DNA of 64,000 nucleotides from Pseudomonadota bacterium (GCA_038134595.1 JAYPVM010000001.1:32001-96000), one strand, 5' to 3'. Positions 39,466 through 50,008 are shown, counted from the first letter of the stretch. Notes: generated from the sequence alone by a model not told the origin. Numbers and translations are program-made.

Positions 39466-39695
39466 GGTTGCGCCACCCTCTCAGCATATGCCCGATCTAC
39501 AACAAGCAGAGTTTATAAAATGCAATCATATTCAAGCATTAAACATGTTTGATATATCTAACTTACCCTATACAATAAAAATCTAAATTTTAACTACCAA
39601 CCAATTGACCTATGATACAAGCACAGGATATATACCTAAGAGCTTATTAATTGTGAGTAGGTCAAAAGAAAGTTTCGGTTTACATCTGATTCGTT

Positions 39696-39965
39696 TTGAA
39701 AATGAAAGAGAACAACAAATCCCATTTAAGCTCAGAATGCAGCCTAACTGCTCTTGGAACAGGGCAGAAGGCAATGGTCTCGGCAATAAAGGGCTGTCCA
39801 TCTTCCCTTCTTCAAAAGCTCGTCTCAATGGGTGTTGTCAACGGTACTGAAGTAACCGTTACGCAAAGGGGGCTCTTTGGATCTCCTATTAACATCGACG
39901 TCTTAGGATCAGTTCTATCCTTACGAAGGGCTGAGGCTGCATACATCCACGTTCAAGCCCTCTAG
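39696..39965 (+). CDS. feoA: ferrous iron transport protein A
   Basis: KLVSMGVV.GT.V, G.PI.I.V.G..LSLR..EA; upstream of feoB; start may be ATG 39702. Confidence 0.9.
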   Translation: MKMKENNKSHLSSECSLTALGTGQKAMVSAIKGCPSSLLQKLVSMGVVNGTEVTVTQRGLFGSPINIDVLGSVLSLRRAEAAYIHVQAL

Positions 39966-40075
39966 GCCGTTTTTCTTATAAGAGCTCTTTTGTACCGAAC
40001 GGTTTTCGAAAGCCTCTGCAACCAAGTAATTTATATGCGAAGTACTGCCATCCCAAAACATGGAATAACTTTGTA

Positions 40076-42043
40076 ATGGTCTCTTCAACTCAGCATAGGC
40101 AGAACGAATCCCTCCCTCTCGTTGCACTCGTAGGAAATCCCAATTGCGGAAAAACGACCCTGTTTAATGTACTCACGAATTCTAACTACAAAGTTAGCAA
40201 TTACCCCGGTGTAACAGTTGAGAGGAAAGAGGGATCGCTACTAGTCGACGAGCAATTACGGGTTAGACTCCTCGATCTTCCCGGAACGTATGCATTATCT
40301 GGGCTTACCGCTGATGAAGCAATCGTTACTCAGGTTCTACAAGGCTCGGTTAGCTCATGCGGTAAACCCGATTTAATCATTGCTGTAGTTGATGCCGCAA
40401 ACCTTGAGCGAAATCTATACGTGGTCTCAGAACTTCTCGATACAGACCTACCCATCGTTATAGCACTGACAATGATGGATGTCGTTGACCAGCGGGGGGA
40501 TAAAATATACGTAGACCTCCTCGCTCGCATGCTCGGAATTCCGATCATTCCGCTTGTCGCCAGAAAAGGCCAAGGAATCTCCGATCTAAAACAAGCTCTA
40601 ATCAATTCACTTGCATCAACTCTCCCAACTCACAAGCCTCACGCATGGCTTCCAGAGAATGCTGGTAATCGCTCTAAACTACTCTCAGCCTCCTCTCCAC
40701 TGCAACCTCCGCCCGAAGATGACGAAGTCCTCACCTCAATTGCAACGATGCGCTATGCCTGGGCACGCACTATCAACAAAAAGGTGTCGGTCCGAAGCAC
40801 TGACAGACCTTCACCAAACAAACTCGACTCGATCCTAACGAGTTCTCTTTGGGGAATTCCTATTTTAATAACGTTATTTACCTTCATTTTTCAGGCCATA
40901 TTTCTATGGGCGCAGGCTCCCATGGATCTCATTACCAACACCCTCGACACGCTAGCCTCAACGCTTGCGTCGAAGCTTCCTCCAGGGATACTTACAAGTC
41001 TTGTAACGGAAGGAATCATTCCCGGCGTAGGAAACGTACTCGTCTTTGTGCCACAAATAGCGATACTATCGCTGTGCATCGGCTTTCTTGAGGATTCGGG
41101 ATACCTGTCTCGTGCAACGTTTTTACTCGATAATTTCATGCGTAAAGTTGGCCTTCAAGGACGTGCTTTTATTCCGCTACTTTCTTCTTTTGCATGTGCA
41201 GTTCCCGGTATTTTAGCAACTCGGACGATTCCGACTCGAATGGATCGATTCATTACTATCATGATTGCCCCGCTCATGAGCTGTAGCGCCAGACTACCGA
41301 TCTACATCCTTCTTATCGGTGTTATTATTCCCCCAACGGCTATATGGGGATTTCTATCTCTTCAGGGATTAGTACTAATGTCGCTGTATCTCCTAGGCGC
41401 CTTGGCAGCATGCATCGTTGCTTTCATATTCAAAAAAACCTTCAGAAAAAGAGAGAGCTGTTTTTTTGTCATGGAAATGCCGCCTCTTCGACTTCCAATG
41501 ATGCAGGTAGTACTCCGCAATGCTTACGATGCCGTGAGTTCTTTTATAAAAAGCGCCGCGACTATTATTCTTGCATGCTCTGTTATTGTATGGTTTTTAG
41601 CCTCATACCCCAAACCTTCCAATCCTGGAGAGCATTTCATTGCCCAAGAGACCTATGCTGGAAAAATTGGAACCGCTTTAGAGCCTGCAATACGGCCTCT
41701 GGGCTTTAACTGGGAGATAGGCTTTGGAATTATATCGTCTTTTCCGGCCCGCGAAGTCTTTATTACAGGACTCTCAACTGTGTTAAACATTCAAGATGAT
41801 GAAACGCACGCGGCTCTCAAAACACACCTTCAAAAACGGCGTGCCCAAGGTGACTTCTCGACCGCTACAGGCCTTTCACTACTGATTTTTTACGTCTTTT
41901 CATGCCAATGCATGTCGACATTGGCCGCATGTCGGCGCGAAACAAATTCATGGAGATGGACGATGGCAATGTTTGTCTATATGACCTCGCTTGCATATGT
42001 AGCCTCACTCGTTACATACCAGTTAGCTTCGGCACTGTTGTAA
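40076..42043 (+). CDS. feoB: ferrous iron transport protein B
   Basis: GNPNCGKTT, NYPGVTVE, DLPGTY, LEDSGY, FACAVP, MSCSARLP. Confidence 0.96.
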   Translation: MVSSTQHRQNESLPLVALVGNPNCGKTTLFNVLTNSNYKVSNYPGVTVERKEGSLLVDEQLRVRLLDLPGTYALSGLTADEAIVTQVLQGSVSSCGKPDLIIAVVDAANLERNLYVVSELLDTDLPIVIALTMMDVVDQRGDKIYVDLLARMLGIPIIPLVARKGQGISDLKQALINSLASTLPTHKPHAWLPENAGNRSKLLSASSPLQPPPEDDEVLTSIATMRYAWARTINKKVSVRSTDRPSPNKLDSILTSSLWGIPILITLFTFIFQAIFLWAQAPMDLITNTLDTLASTLASKLPPGILTSLVTEGIIPGVGNVLVFVPQIAILSLCIGFLEDSGYLSRATFLLDNFMRKVGLQGRAFIPLLSSFACAVPGILATRTIPTRMDRFITIMIAPLMSCSARLPIYILLIGVIIPPTAIWGFLSLQGLVLMSLYLLGALAACIVAFIFKKTFRKRESCFFVMEMPPLRLPMMQVVLRNAYDAVSSFIKSAATIILACSVIVWFLASYPKPSNPGEHFIAQETYAGKIGTALEPAIRPLGFNWEIGFGIISSFPAREVFITGLSTVLNIQDDETHAALKTHLQKRRAQGDFSTATGLSLLIFYVFSCQCMSTLAACRRETNSWRWTMAMFVYMTSLAYVASLVTYQLASALL

Positions 42044-42318
42044 AACACAGCACGCCATGTTTTCAATCACTCACTACTTTCATATCAAGCTAAGTATCAG
42101 TATACTTAGGAATTAAGCAGAGAGACAAAAACATCCATAAGGAACATCTAGCTTATGCAAAGAATCATTGCGATTTTCATTCTTCTCTACGCTATCGCAT
42201 ACGTCCTTCGTAGAGCCGGTTACTCGATAACCTTAACAAAACACAATCCGCCCAACCGCCGATGCGGTGGTGGCGGTTGCGGCTGCAACTAATAACTCAC
42301 ACATTCAAAAGGCATACT

Positions 42319-43287
42319 ATGCAATACCGTCGTCTCGGATCCGCTGGATTACAGGTAAGCGAGGTTTCATTTGGCTCCTGGGTTACATTTCAGACTCAAG
42401 TAGATCTCTCGCACGCCGTCAAGCTAATGGAAAGAGCATACAAATCGGGGATAAACTTTTTTGATAACGCGGAAAGCTATGCAGGTGGCGCGGCCGAAGA
42501 GATTATGGGGGCGGCTCTCAAAAAACTAAACTGGCGCCGAGCCTCGTATTGCGTATCCACTAAATTTTTCTGGGGTTTGAACGAAGGGCCAAACGAGAAG
42601 AATACACTTAACCGAAAGTATCTCATGCAGGCGATTGACGGATCGTTACAACGGTTTCAATTAGATTATATTGACCTAGTGTTCTGTCACAGGCCCGATC
42701 CACACACTCCCATCGAGGAAGTGGTTCGTGCGATGAGTGATATGATTACACAGGGTAAGGCTCTCTACTGGGGCACATCCGAGTGGAGCGCAGAGCAAAT
42801 CATGCAGGCATGGCAGACAGCTGATAAACATCACCTGCACAAGCCTCAAATGGAACAGCCCCAGTACAACATCTTTCATCGCACAAAAGTCGAGGAGGAA
42901 TTCATAAGCCTCTACGATGAAATCGGCCTTGGTCTTACCACATGGAGCCCCCTTGCCTCGGGCCTCCTTAGCGGGAAATACGCCGAATCTATCCCCGACG
43001 GCAGTCGAGCATCGTTACAAGGCTATGAATGGCTTCAAACTCGCTGGACACCACATCAACGCGAAGTTGTCGTCCCACGCTTGTGTAAAATCGCCAGAGA
43101 GCTTGACTGCTCTCCTGCACAGCTTGCAATCGCATGGTGCTTAAAAAACAAAAACGTTAGCACTGTAATCCTGGGTGCAAGTTCATTAGCGCAATTAGAA
43201 GAGAATCTGGTCGCAAGCTCTGTAGCAGAGCGGTTAACTCAAGACATTCTCACCGAGATTTCTAAACTCAGTGAGACAACTGCCTAA
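42319..43287 (+). CDS. aldo/keto reductase (Kv-beta-like)
   Basis: [48 protein letters not shown] 42319 preferred. Confidence 0.92.
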   Translation: MQYRRLGSAGLQVSEVSFGSWVTFQTQVDLSHAVKLMERAYKSGINFFDNAESYAGGAAEEIMGAALKKLNWRRASYCVSTKFFWGLNEGPNEKNTLNRKYLMQAIDGSLQRFQLDYIDLVFCHRPDPHTPIEEVVRAMSDMITQGKALYWGTSEWSAEQIMQAWQTADKHHLHKPQMEQPQYNIFHRTKVEEEFISLYDEIGLGLTTWSPLASGLLSGKYAESIPDGSRASLQGYEWLQTRWTPHQREVVVPRLCKIARELDCSPAQLAIAWCLKNKNVSTVILGASSLAQLEENLVASSVAERLTQDILTEISKLSETTA

Positions 43288-43438
43288 ACAAGACAAACAA
43301 AACGTGCGCTCCAATACTCTCTGCTCGAGGTATCAGGTGACTCATTCTAAATAGTTTGCTGCTTGACATAAATCGCAGAGCGTTCTCAACTAAACATCTC
43401 TCTGTATTAGGTAGAAATGTGAGCACCAGGAGGCAATT

Positions 43439-44869
43439 GTGTCCGAAATATTTGCAAGCTTCGATGCGTCAGTAGGAACCATTAACACAGTCATAGCATC
43501 GCTTATTTTTTACGACGTTCTCGGTCTACCACTGGCAGTTCTTTGGCTTATAGCTGGTGCGATCTTTTTCACAGTTCGAATGGGCTTTATCAATATTCGG
43601 GGATTCCGACACGGCGTCCAAATCATCTCGGGAAAATACGACAAAGAAGAATCGCAAGGGGATGTAACGCCTTTTCAGGCTCTAAGTTCTGCGCTCTCAG
43701 CTACAGTTGGTCTAGGTAATATTGCAGGAGTGGCCATCGCCGTTTCCATAGGTGGCCCAGGAGCAACATTCTGGATGATTACAGCGGGCCTTCTTGGAAT
43801 GAGCTCAAAGTTTACAGAATCAACTCTAGCGCAGATGTATCGAGAGATTCGTCCCGATGGACGAATAATGGGCGGTGCTATGGAATATCTATCACGTGGA
43901 TTTTCCGACATCGGATTGCCCCGCGTAGGCAAAATCCTCGCGGTGTTTTTCTGCCTCTTGTGTATCGGTGGTTCCTTTGGAGGAGGAGGAGCGTTTCAGG
44001 TCAATCAATCCCTTAAAGCGGTGCAGGAAACGCTTCCCTTCTTCGGAAACAATCCTGCCCTCTACGGTGGACTCATGGCGCTTGCTACAGCAACGGTAAT
44101 TATCGGTGGCATCAAGCGAATCGCACATACCGCAGAGATTATTGTTCCATTTATGTGCGGTATCTATCTTACAGCCTGTTTGTATATTATCGGGACAAAC
44201 ATCTCTCTGGTGCCAGAGGCACTGCTTACAATCGTTTCACAGGCTTTCGCACCCGACGCTGCATATGGAGGGCTCCTTGGCGTACTCGTACAGGGTTTCC
44301 GCCGAGCTGCTTTTTCAAACGAGGCAGGAATCGGCTCGGCTGCGATAGCTCACTCTGCCTCTAAAACTAAATACCCAATCAGAGAAGGGCTCGTGTCGCT
44401 TCTTGAACCATTTATCGACACAGTTGTCATATGCACAATGACGGCGCTCGTAATTATCATAACTGGAGCTTACAACAATCCTGAGTATCAACCCCTAATA
44501 ACCGCCAATAACGGGGCCGGACTAACCTCAAAAGCTTTTGGCGAGCAGATCTCTTGGTTTCCCCACGTGTTAAGTCTCTCGGTGGCTCTTTTTGCATATT
44601 CAACGATGATTTCGTGGTCGTATTATGGCGAACGATGTTGGACATATCTTTTTGGAGAAAGCTTCTCACTTATCTACAAGATTATGTTCATCGCTATCAT
44701 CTTTATGAGCGCATCGGCATCAGCACGAAACATCCTCGACTTTAGCGATCTAATGATTCTCTCCATGGCATTTCCAAATATGCTAGGCTTGGTTTTCTTA
44801 TCTGGAAAGGTCCGACGTCATCTATCAGAGTACTGGTCCCGCTATAAGCGCGGCGACTTTGCACACTAA
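43439..44869 (+). CDS. alanine/glycine:cation symporter (AGCS family)
   Basis: ATVGLGNIAGVA, GGPGA.FWM, FSNEAGIGSAAIAH, EPFIDT; GGAGG SD before GTG. Confidence 0.93.
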   Translation: MSEIFASFDASVGTINTVIASLIFYDVLGLPLAVLWLIAGAIFFTVRMGFINIRGFRHGVQIISGKYDKEESQGDVTPFQALSSALSATVGLGNIAGVAIAVSIGGPGATFWMITAGLLGMSSKFTESTLAQMYREIRPDGRIMGGAMEYLSRGFSDIGLPRVGKILAVFFCLLCIGGSFGGGGAFQVNQSLKAVQETLPFFGNNPALYGGLMALATATVIIGGIKRIAHTAEIIVPFMCGIYLTACLYIIGTNISLVPEALLTIVSQAFAPDAAYGGLLGVLVQGFRRAAFSNEAGIGSAAIAHSASKTKYPIREGLVSLLEPFIDTVVICTMTALVIIITGAYNNPEYQPLITANNGAGLTSKAFGEQISWFPHVLSLSVALFAYSTMISWSYYGERCWTYLFGESFSLIYKIMFIAIIFMSASASARNILDFSDLMILSMAFPNMLGLVFLSGKVRRHLSEYWSRYKRGDFAH

Positions 44870-45079
44870 ACATTTGCTACGACTAGAAACCTCCTCGCTA
44901 TTAGAACTAAAAGACACATAGTATTTGACAGCCCCGTACCTCCTCCCGCAGACTTAGATATAAGAGAAGACATTACTTGGCTATCACAGCGGCGACTTGC
45001 CTTCGAATAAGAAGGTGCGCCTCTTTGCGGGTCTTAGGTAGTAGCTTTTCGTATATCAATCTCAGTCGACACCTGTAGC

Positions 45080-46147
45080 ATGGACAAACTCTACTCCTTT
45101 GGAGATCCCATCGATAGCTGTTACGTCCTAGAGAACTCTAGCTTTAGCTTTCAATGCAAAGACACCCCGAGCTATACTCTTTCTGCGCCACGAAGCTATC
45201 TCGGAACATTCGAGCTTCTGCTCGCTGAATCAGGCGCCTCCCGTGATACACGAATAAGTGAAGTCTCAATTGACACAACCTCTAAGTGCGCCCCTATCAG
45301 CAACAACTTCACTCTTAAGCTACTAGAAGATTCCGATGAGGGAATGGCAATTAACAAGACGCTCGCACAGTTATTAGAACAAACCAACAAAACCCTCCGA
45401 GACTTACATCGTGGACTACCTCATGAATGGAATTCATGTCAAAGAAAAACAAAATTATTCTTCGAGCTCACAAACTCTCTATCTCTGCTTTCTAACGAAC
45501 TCGGCATCGGTCATCTCATCTCTCTTGCTAGAGACTATACTCAAACAGACACCTACCACGTCGGCAAACTCGTGGAGCCCGTGCGGATGGTGAGTAGCAT
45601 ATCCGCTACCAGAGCGATTGAGACGGGTACAATTCGATTTGAATCTGAGCAGGTGTTCTGTCACTGTGGGCACGATGCAGACAGTATGTACTTTTTACTT
45701 GAGGGAAAAATCTTCGTTAGCTCCTCGGAGCATACTATCGCCTCTATCGATACTCCAGGAGAGTGCTTTGGCGAACTTGCTTTCTTCCTCGACGGAACTC
45801 GCACAGCCGACCTTGTCGCAACTGCCCGATCGGCTATTCTTCGCGTGACAAAAGAGTCACTGCCAGCCTTCCTAGCTGATCATCCCGACATGCTTCTACA
45901 TATCGGCAAAACATTAGCAAAACGTCTCGAACAAAACACACAGAAGATCGCCCTCTACTCTAAACTGTCCTCTCCAGAGACTCCTGGATCAATCGACAAA
46001 TGTCACAATGACGCTCAGAGTGCACTTGCAAACCTACTCAATGACTTGCGAAAAGTTATTCGGATCTCATTTAACGATCGCCTGATGAATTTTATCCGCG
46101 AAGCAACGGTAAAAATAAAAGCCATCACAGAGCCTCCTACCCTTTAA
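45080..46147 (+). CDS. cyclic-nucleotide-binding domain protein
   Basis: G..ADSMYFLLEG, CFGELAFF..GTRTA; degenerate second cNMP-like domain at the N-terminus. Confidence 0.8.
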   Translation: MDKLYSFGDPIDSCYVLENSSFSFQCKDTPSYTLSAPRSYLGTFELLLAESGASRDTRISEVSIDTTSKCAPISNNFTLKLLEDSDEGMAINKTLAQLLEQTNKTLRDLHRGLPHEWNSCQRKTKLFFELTNSLSLLSNELGIGHLISLARDYTQTDTYHVGKLVEPVRMVSSISATRAIETGTIRFESEQVFCHCGHDADSMYFLLEGKIFVSSSEHTIASIDTPGECFGELAFFLDGTRTADLVATARSAILRVTKESLPAFLADHPDMLLHIGKTLAKRLEQNTQKIALYSKLSSPETPGSIDKCHNDAQSALANLLNDLRKVIRISFNDRLMNFIREATVKIKAITEPPTL

Positions 46148-46304
46148 AACATATTTATTTTTAACATCTTACCGATAGCGGTGACAAAGATACCAAAAGA
46201 CATCTCTGTCATTTTCAACAACTCTCATTCTTTTTTTTTTACTAAGAGATCTAATTGTCGTAGGGTTTCTCTGCCAGCGTTTAGCTCTTTAATGGTGTAG
46301 CCAC

Positions 46305-47150
46305 ATGATAGACAGATCCGACTCCCGCAAATCCAAGATCGATTCCCCTGAAGAATTAACTCTACCTGCTATCCCTAAAAGAAAGCGAAATCTATACGAG
46401 CCGGGAATCTCTACCGACTATCGCCTCAGTCGATCAAAGATTGATCTTTTTATGTCGTGCTCCCGGTGCTTTTACCTTGACCGCCGATTAGGTATCTCTG
46501 CGCCACCCCCCTATCCTATTACACTTGCAACCGCAGTCGATGAGTTGATGAAAAAAGAATACGATGCTTATCGAAGTGAAAACCAGCCTCACCCCCTCAT
46601 GAAAGAGGCGGGTGTTGCCGCAATCCCCTATTCCCATCCCGACCTAGATGCATGGAGGGACTCATTACGAAGAGGAATATCATACAAGGTCCCAAACACT
46701 CCGCTCGTTATAACTGGCGGAATCGATGACGTATGGATCAATAATGACGGCAAACTCCATATCGTCGATTATAAATCAACCGCAAAACAGGGTGAGGTTT
46801 CTATCGATGCAGATTGGCAAATAGGCTACAAACGACAACTTGAAATCTATCAGTGGCTCTTTAGAAAAAACGGGTTTGAGGTTTCGGACGTGGCATACTT
46901 TGTGTACGTCAATGGAGACAAAAACCGGCCCGCCTTCAACGATACTATGCACTTCTCATCTAAAATAATTCCCTACGAAGGAAATGCCTCGTGGGTTGAT
47001 GCTACAATTGAAAATATCCTTGAAACACTCAACTCACCTGAGTTGCCAGCAAGTAATCCCTTATGTACACACTGTGCGTATAGAATGCATGCGGCAAGCG
47101 TTGAGGATTGGGGAGCACGCGAAGCTAAGACAACACCTACGCAATCATAA
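46305..47150 (+). CDS. PD-(D/E)XK nuclease, RecB/Cas4-like, with Cys pairs
   Basis: LSRSKI..F..C.RCFY, GGIDD, IVDYKS, QLEIY, CTHC. Confidence 0.82.
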   Translation: MIDRSDSRKSKIDSPEELTLPAIPKRKRNLYEPGISTDYRLSRSKIDLFMSCSRCFYLDRRLGISAPPPYPITLATAVDELMKKEYDAYRSENQPHPLMKEAGVAAIPYSHPDLDAWRDSLRRGISYKVPNTPLVITGGIDDVWINNDGKLHIVDYKSTAKQGEVSIDADWQIGYKRQLEIYQWLFRKNGFEVSDVAYFVYVNGDKNRPAFNDTMHFSSKIIPYEGNASWVDATIENILETLNSPELPASNPLCTHCAYRMHAASVEDWGAREAKTTPTQS

Positions 47151-47177
47151 AAAAGGGGAGAGACTGCGTCTCTCCCC
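47149..47177 (-). terminator. intrinsic terminator
   Basis: Perfect 10-bp stem GGGGAGAGAC-3 nt loop-GTCTCTCCCC followed by U6 on the minus strand. Confidence 0.85.
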
Positions 47178-47260
47178 ATCAAGCTCCGCCGGTACTTACA
47201 ACTTGAGACGGTGCTACTAATAGCTTCGTTAGTGGTTTGCTATACACATCCTATAAAACA

Positions 47261-47920
47261 TTAATCATCATCACCGTTATCGTCTCCATCATCGTCGCCG
47301 TCTCCATCATCATCGCCTGAGCCACTACACGACGAGGCTTTCTTTCTCTTGATTTTTTGAACGATGTTAGACGCGGGATCCTCATCATTAACGTATCCTT
47401 CAACCTCGACACATAAACCAGATGTCAGATCTGCCCGAGAAAACTCACCTAACTTGTAACGAAATACTGTACTGTCGGTAAGCACATACGTGGTTCCACC
47501 AATAACAAGCGACGGGTCTGAAAAGGATACAACCGTTCCCTCTCGCTCAAACTCATTTCCATCGATAATACCATCATCATCTGAGTCGCTATCGCCCTCT
47601 TTGTAATCCTCATCATCATCAATTCCATCGTCGTCTGAATCCGCATCACATTTATTTGATCCAGGCCTCGACTCCTCAATAATATCCGGAACCCCATCGC
47701 CATCTGAATCCTTCCCTCGCACCGATCTCTTTAATTTTTTGAGTTCAAGCTTAGAGAGTTTTCGCGCAAGCTTTGCAAGAACCTTCTGTTCTCTCTTTAT
47801 CTTCTTGAACTGAAGTTTTGCTGCCCGCACATCACTAGGTGAAGCAAATGTAGTGGTCGCGCCGACTACAAGACTAAAAGACAGTAAAATTGCCAAAAGT
47901 AGTAATTTACATCTATTCAT
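47261..47920 (-). CDS. exported protein with Asp-rich Ca-binding (TSP3-like DxDxDG) repeats and a DUF5666-like domain
   Basis: Signal peptide; DSDGDGVPD, DSDDDGIDD, DSDDDGIID; EG.V...L.I.G......ST.F......DL..G..VEVEG; GDDD tail. Confidence 0.7.
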   Translation of the reverse strand: MNRCKLLLLAILLSFSLVVGATTTFASPSDVRAAKLQFKKIKREQKVLAKLARKLSKLELKKLKRSVRGKDSDGDGVPDIIEESRPGSNKCDADSDDDGIDDDEDYKEGDSDSDDDGIIDGNEFEREGTVVSFSDPSLVIGGTTYVLTDSTVFRYKLGEFSRADLTSGLCVEVEGYVNDEDPASNIVQKIKRKKASSCSGSGDDDGDGDDDGDDNGDDD

Positions 47921-48312
47921 CGATTCAACTCTCCTTTAGGCGCAGAAGCGCACCGTCGGTGATGGGCGCCAGTGCCCATAAGCTAACAATACTACCAAGA
48001 GAAAAAAGTTGCTCGCAACGTATTTGTCTATTTTCGCTAAAAATGGTGAATAGCACCAGCAAGGCGCCCCTGCCTTTGCTAGAGCAACGCTTGATAGCTA
48101 TGTAGTAACCTTAAAAAACTAGATTTCTTACAAAGCTAAAAGAGACGTCAGTATTTGTTTACTCAAGTTTTTTTGCAACGCGAAATCCAACGTGCTGACT
48201 CGCTAAATCAATCGGAGAGTGCGCCCGAATAACGGCACTCAAACGTGAAGGCGTGCCACTCCCAGATAACCGAGATCGCCCCACTTGTATCTACTTACCA
48301 CTCAGATTTGTT

Positions 48313-49698
48313 CTAATTTTCCCGAAGCGAATTCACCAGCCCCTCGCACACCTTCTTTGCATCTCCAAAGATAAGGGAGCAATTGTCCAGATAAAACAGA
48401 TCGTTATCCACCCCAGAATATCCAGGATTCATGGAACGCTTCACCACGTACACCATTTTTGATTTATAGGCGTCTAGAATAGGCATGCCGTAGAGGGGAC
48501 TGCCCTTATTCGTTCTCGCCGCGGGATTAACTACATCATTTGCACCAATTACCAGTACGGCATCAGCTCGTGAAAATTCAGGATTAATATCTTCAAGCTC
48601 AAGTACGTCATCATAGGGAATTTCCGATTCAGCAAGAAGTACGTTCATATGTCCTGGCATTCGTCCTGCAACAGGGTGGATCGCAAACTTAACCTCAACT
48701 CCCTTCCCACTCAATTCCTCATACAGGTCTTTTACGGCATGCTGTGCCTGCGAAACTGCCATCCCATATCCCGGCACAACGATTAGACTCGTTGCATTCT
48801 CGAACATAAACGCAGCATCCTCAGTGCTCGCAGCTTTGTATGACTTATTTGAATCCCCATCAGCGCTCACCTCCGTGGAAGCACCAAACCCTCCCAGGAT
48901 AACACTTACAAGCGAGCGATTCATCGCCTTACACATAATATATGAGAGAATAGCGCCACTAGATCCAACAAGTGCTCCAGTTGCAATAAGTAGTTGGTTG
49001 TTTAATGTAAAACCTGTTGCAGAGGCCGCCCAACCCGAATACGAATTGAGCATCGAAACAACTACCGGCATATCAGACCCGCCGATAGGTAGTACCAGCA
49101 AAAATCCCAGCAGAAGCGAAATAACTGTAACGGCGGCAAACAACGCAAACGTGTGCTCTCTTACAAACATCGCCGATAGCACCACGGTCGCCACGATAAG
49201 CAGCCCATTTAGAGTATGTTGCCCACGAAAAACCAAGGGTGCTGACTTAAGGAGCGCCTGAAGCTTTCCAAAAGCAATGAGAGATCCTGTAAAGGTAACA
49301 GCACCAATAGCACTTCCTACCACAAGTTCTATAAGAAGATGTGATTCGATTGCTCCCTCTCTAGCGTGAATCAAATACGTCCCACCAGCTACTAATACAG
49401 CGGCCAGCCCCACAAAGCTATGGAGCGCTGCGACCAACTGCGGCATCGAGGTCATCTGAATCTTTAACGCCACTGGAATTCCAATTAATGCGCCCAGAGC
49501 AAGGCCCGCAAAAATGATTGGATAATTGTGCACATCGGGGTGAAACAGAGTCACAACTATCGCAAGCGCCATCCCCGCCATTGAGAGGTTATTTCCTCGC
49601 AGTGCAGTTTTGGGGTGACTCAATCCCTTTAGACCAAAAATAAAAAGAATTATTGCAAAGAGATATGATAGGGCAAAAAAATCAGGGCTCATTGTCAT
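48313..49698 (-). CDS. pntB: NAD(P) transhydrogenase beta subunit
   Basis: MPQLVA.LHS, IGGSDMPVVVSMLNSYSG, VPGYGMAV, HPVAGRMPGHMNVLLAE, GANDVVNP. Confidence 0.97.
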   Translation of the reverse strand: MTMSPDFFALSYLFAIILFIFGLKGLSHPKTALRGNNLSMAGMALAIVVTLFHPDVHNYPIIFAGLALGALIGIPVALKIQMTSMPQLVAALHSFVGLAAVLVAGGTYLIHAREGAIESHLLIELVVGSAIGAVTFTGSLIAFGKLQALLKSAPLVFRGQHTLNGLLIVATVVLSAMFVREHTFALFAAVTVISLLLGFLLVLPIGGSDMPVVVSMLNSYSGWAASATGFTLNNQLLIATGALVGSSGAILSYIMCKAMNRSLVSVILGGFGASTEVSADGDSNKSYKAASTEDAAFMFENATSLIVVPGYGMAVSQAQHAVKDLYEELSGKGVEVKFAIHPVAGRMPGHMNVLLAESEIPYDDVLELEDINPEFSRADAVLVIGANDVVNPAARTNKGSPLYGMPILDAYKSKMVYVVKRSMNPGYSGVDNDLFYLDNCSLIFGDAKKVCEGLVNSLREN

Positions 49699-49710
49699 AG
49701 TTTTTCCTAT

Positions 49711-50001
49711 TTATGACTTTTTCTTAAACATCGCCAAAATACGATTTGTTACAACGAAACCTCCAAAGATATTTATCGAAGCTAGGGTCACGGCACTAAA
49801 TCCTATGACCTGAATCCATATCGAATCACCACTGTGAACGCTTCCCGCTACTAGGATAGCGCCGATTACTAAAATAGCACTGATGGCATTTGTTACTGCC
49901 ATTAAGGGAGTGTGTAGAGCGGGAGTCACTCCCCAGATGACGTGATACCCAACAAAACACGCCAAGGTAAAAACATAAATAGCAATCATTGTTGTTGTCA
50001 T
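49711..50001 (-). CDS. pntAB: NAD(P) transhydrogenase alpha subunit part 2 (membrane)
   Basis: [37 protein letters not shown] 50001. Confidence 0.93.
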   Translation of the reverse strand: MTTTMIAIYVFTLACFVGYHVIWGVTPALHTPLMAVTNAISAILVIGAILVAGSVHSGDSIWIQVIGFSAVTLASINIFGGFVVTNRILAMFKKKS

Positions 50002-50008
50002 GAGATTT

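Noticed and set aside
39515..39710. Fur box upstream of feoAB
   Set aside because: Only partial matches (ATGCAATCATATTCA; TGAAAATGA half-site) in an AT-rich background; plausible but not supportable
43288..43438. Glycine riboswitch upstream of the AGCS symporter
   Set aside because: Conserved GGAGA..CCGAAG..CTCTCAGG aptamer elements not found and the gap is short
46231..46240. Poly-T10 tract as phase-variation switch
   Set aside because: Intergenic and downstream of a terminator-like hairpin; no evidence it sits in a promoter spacer
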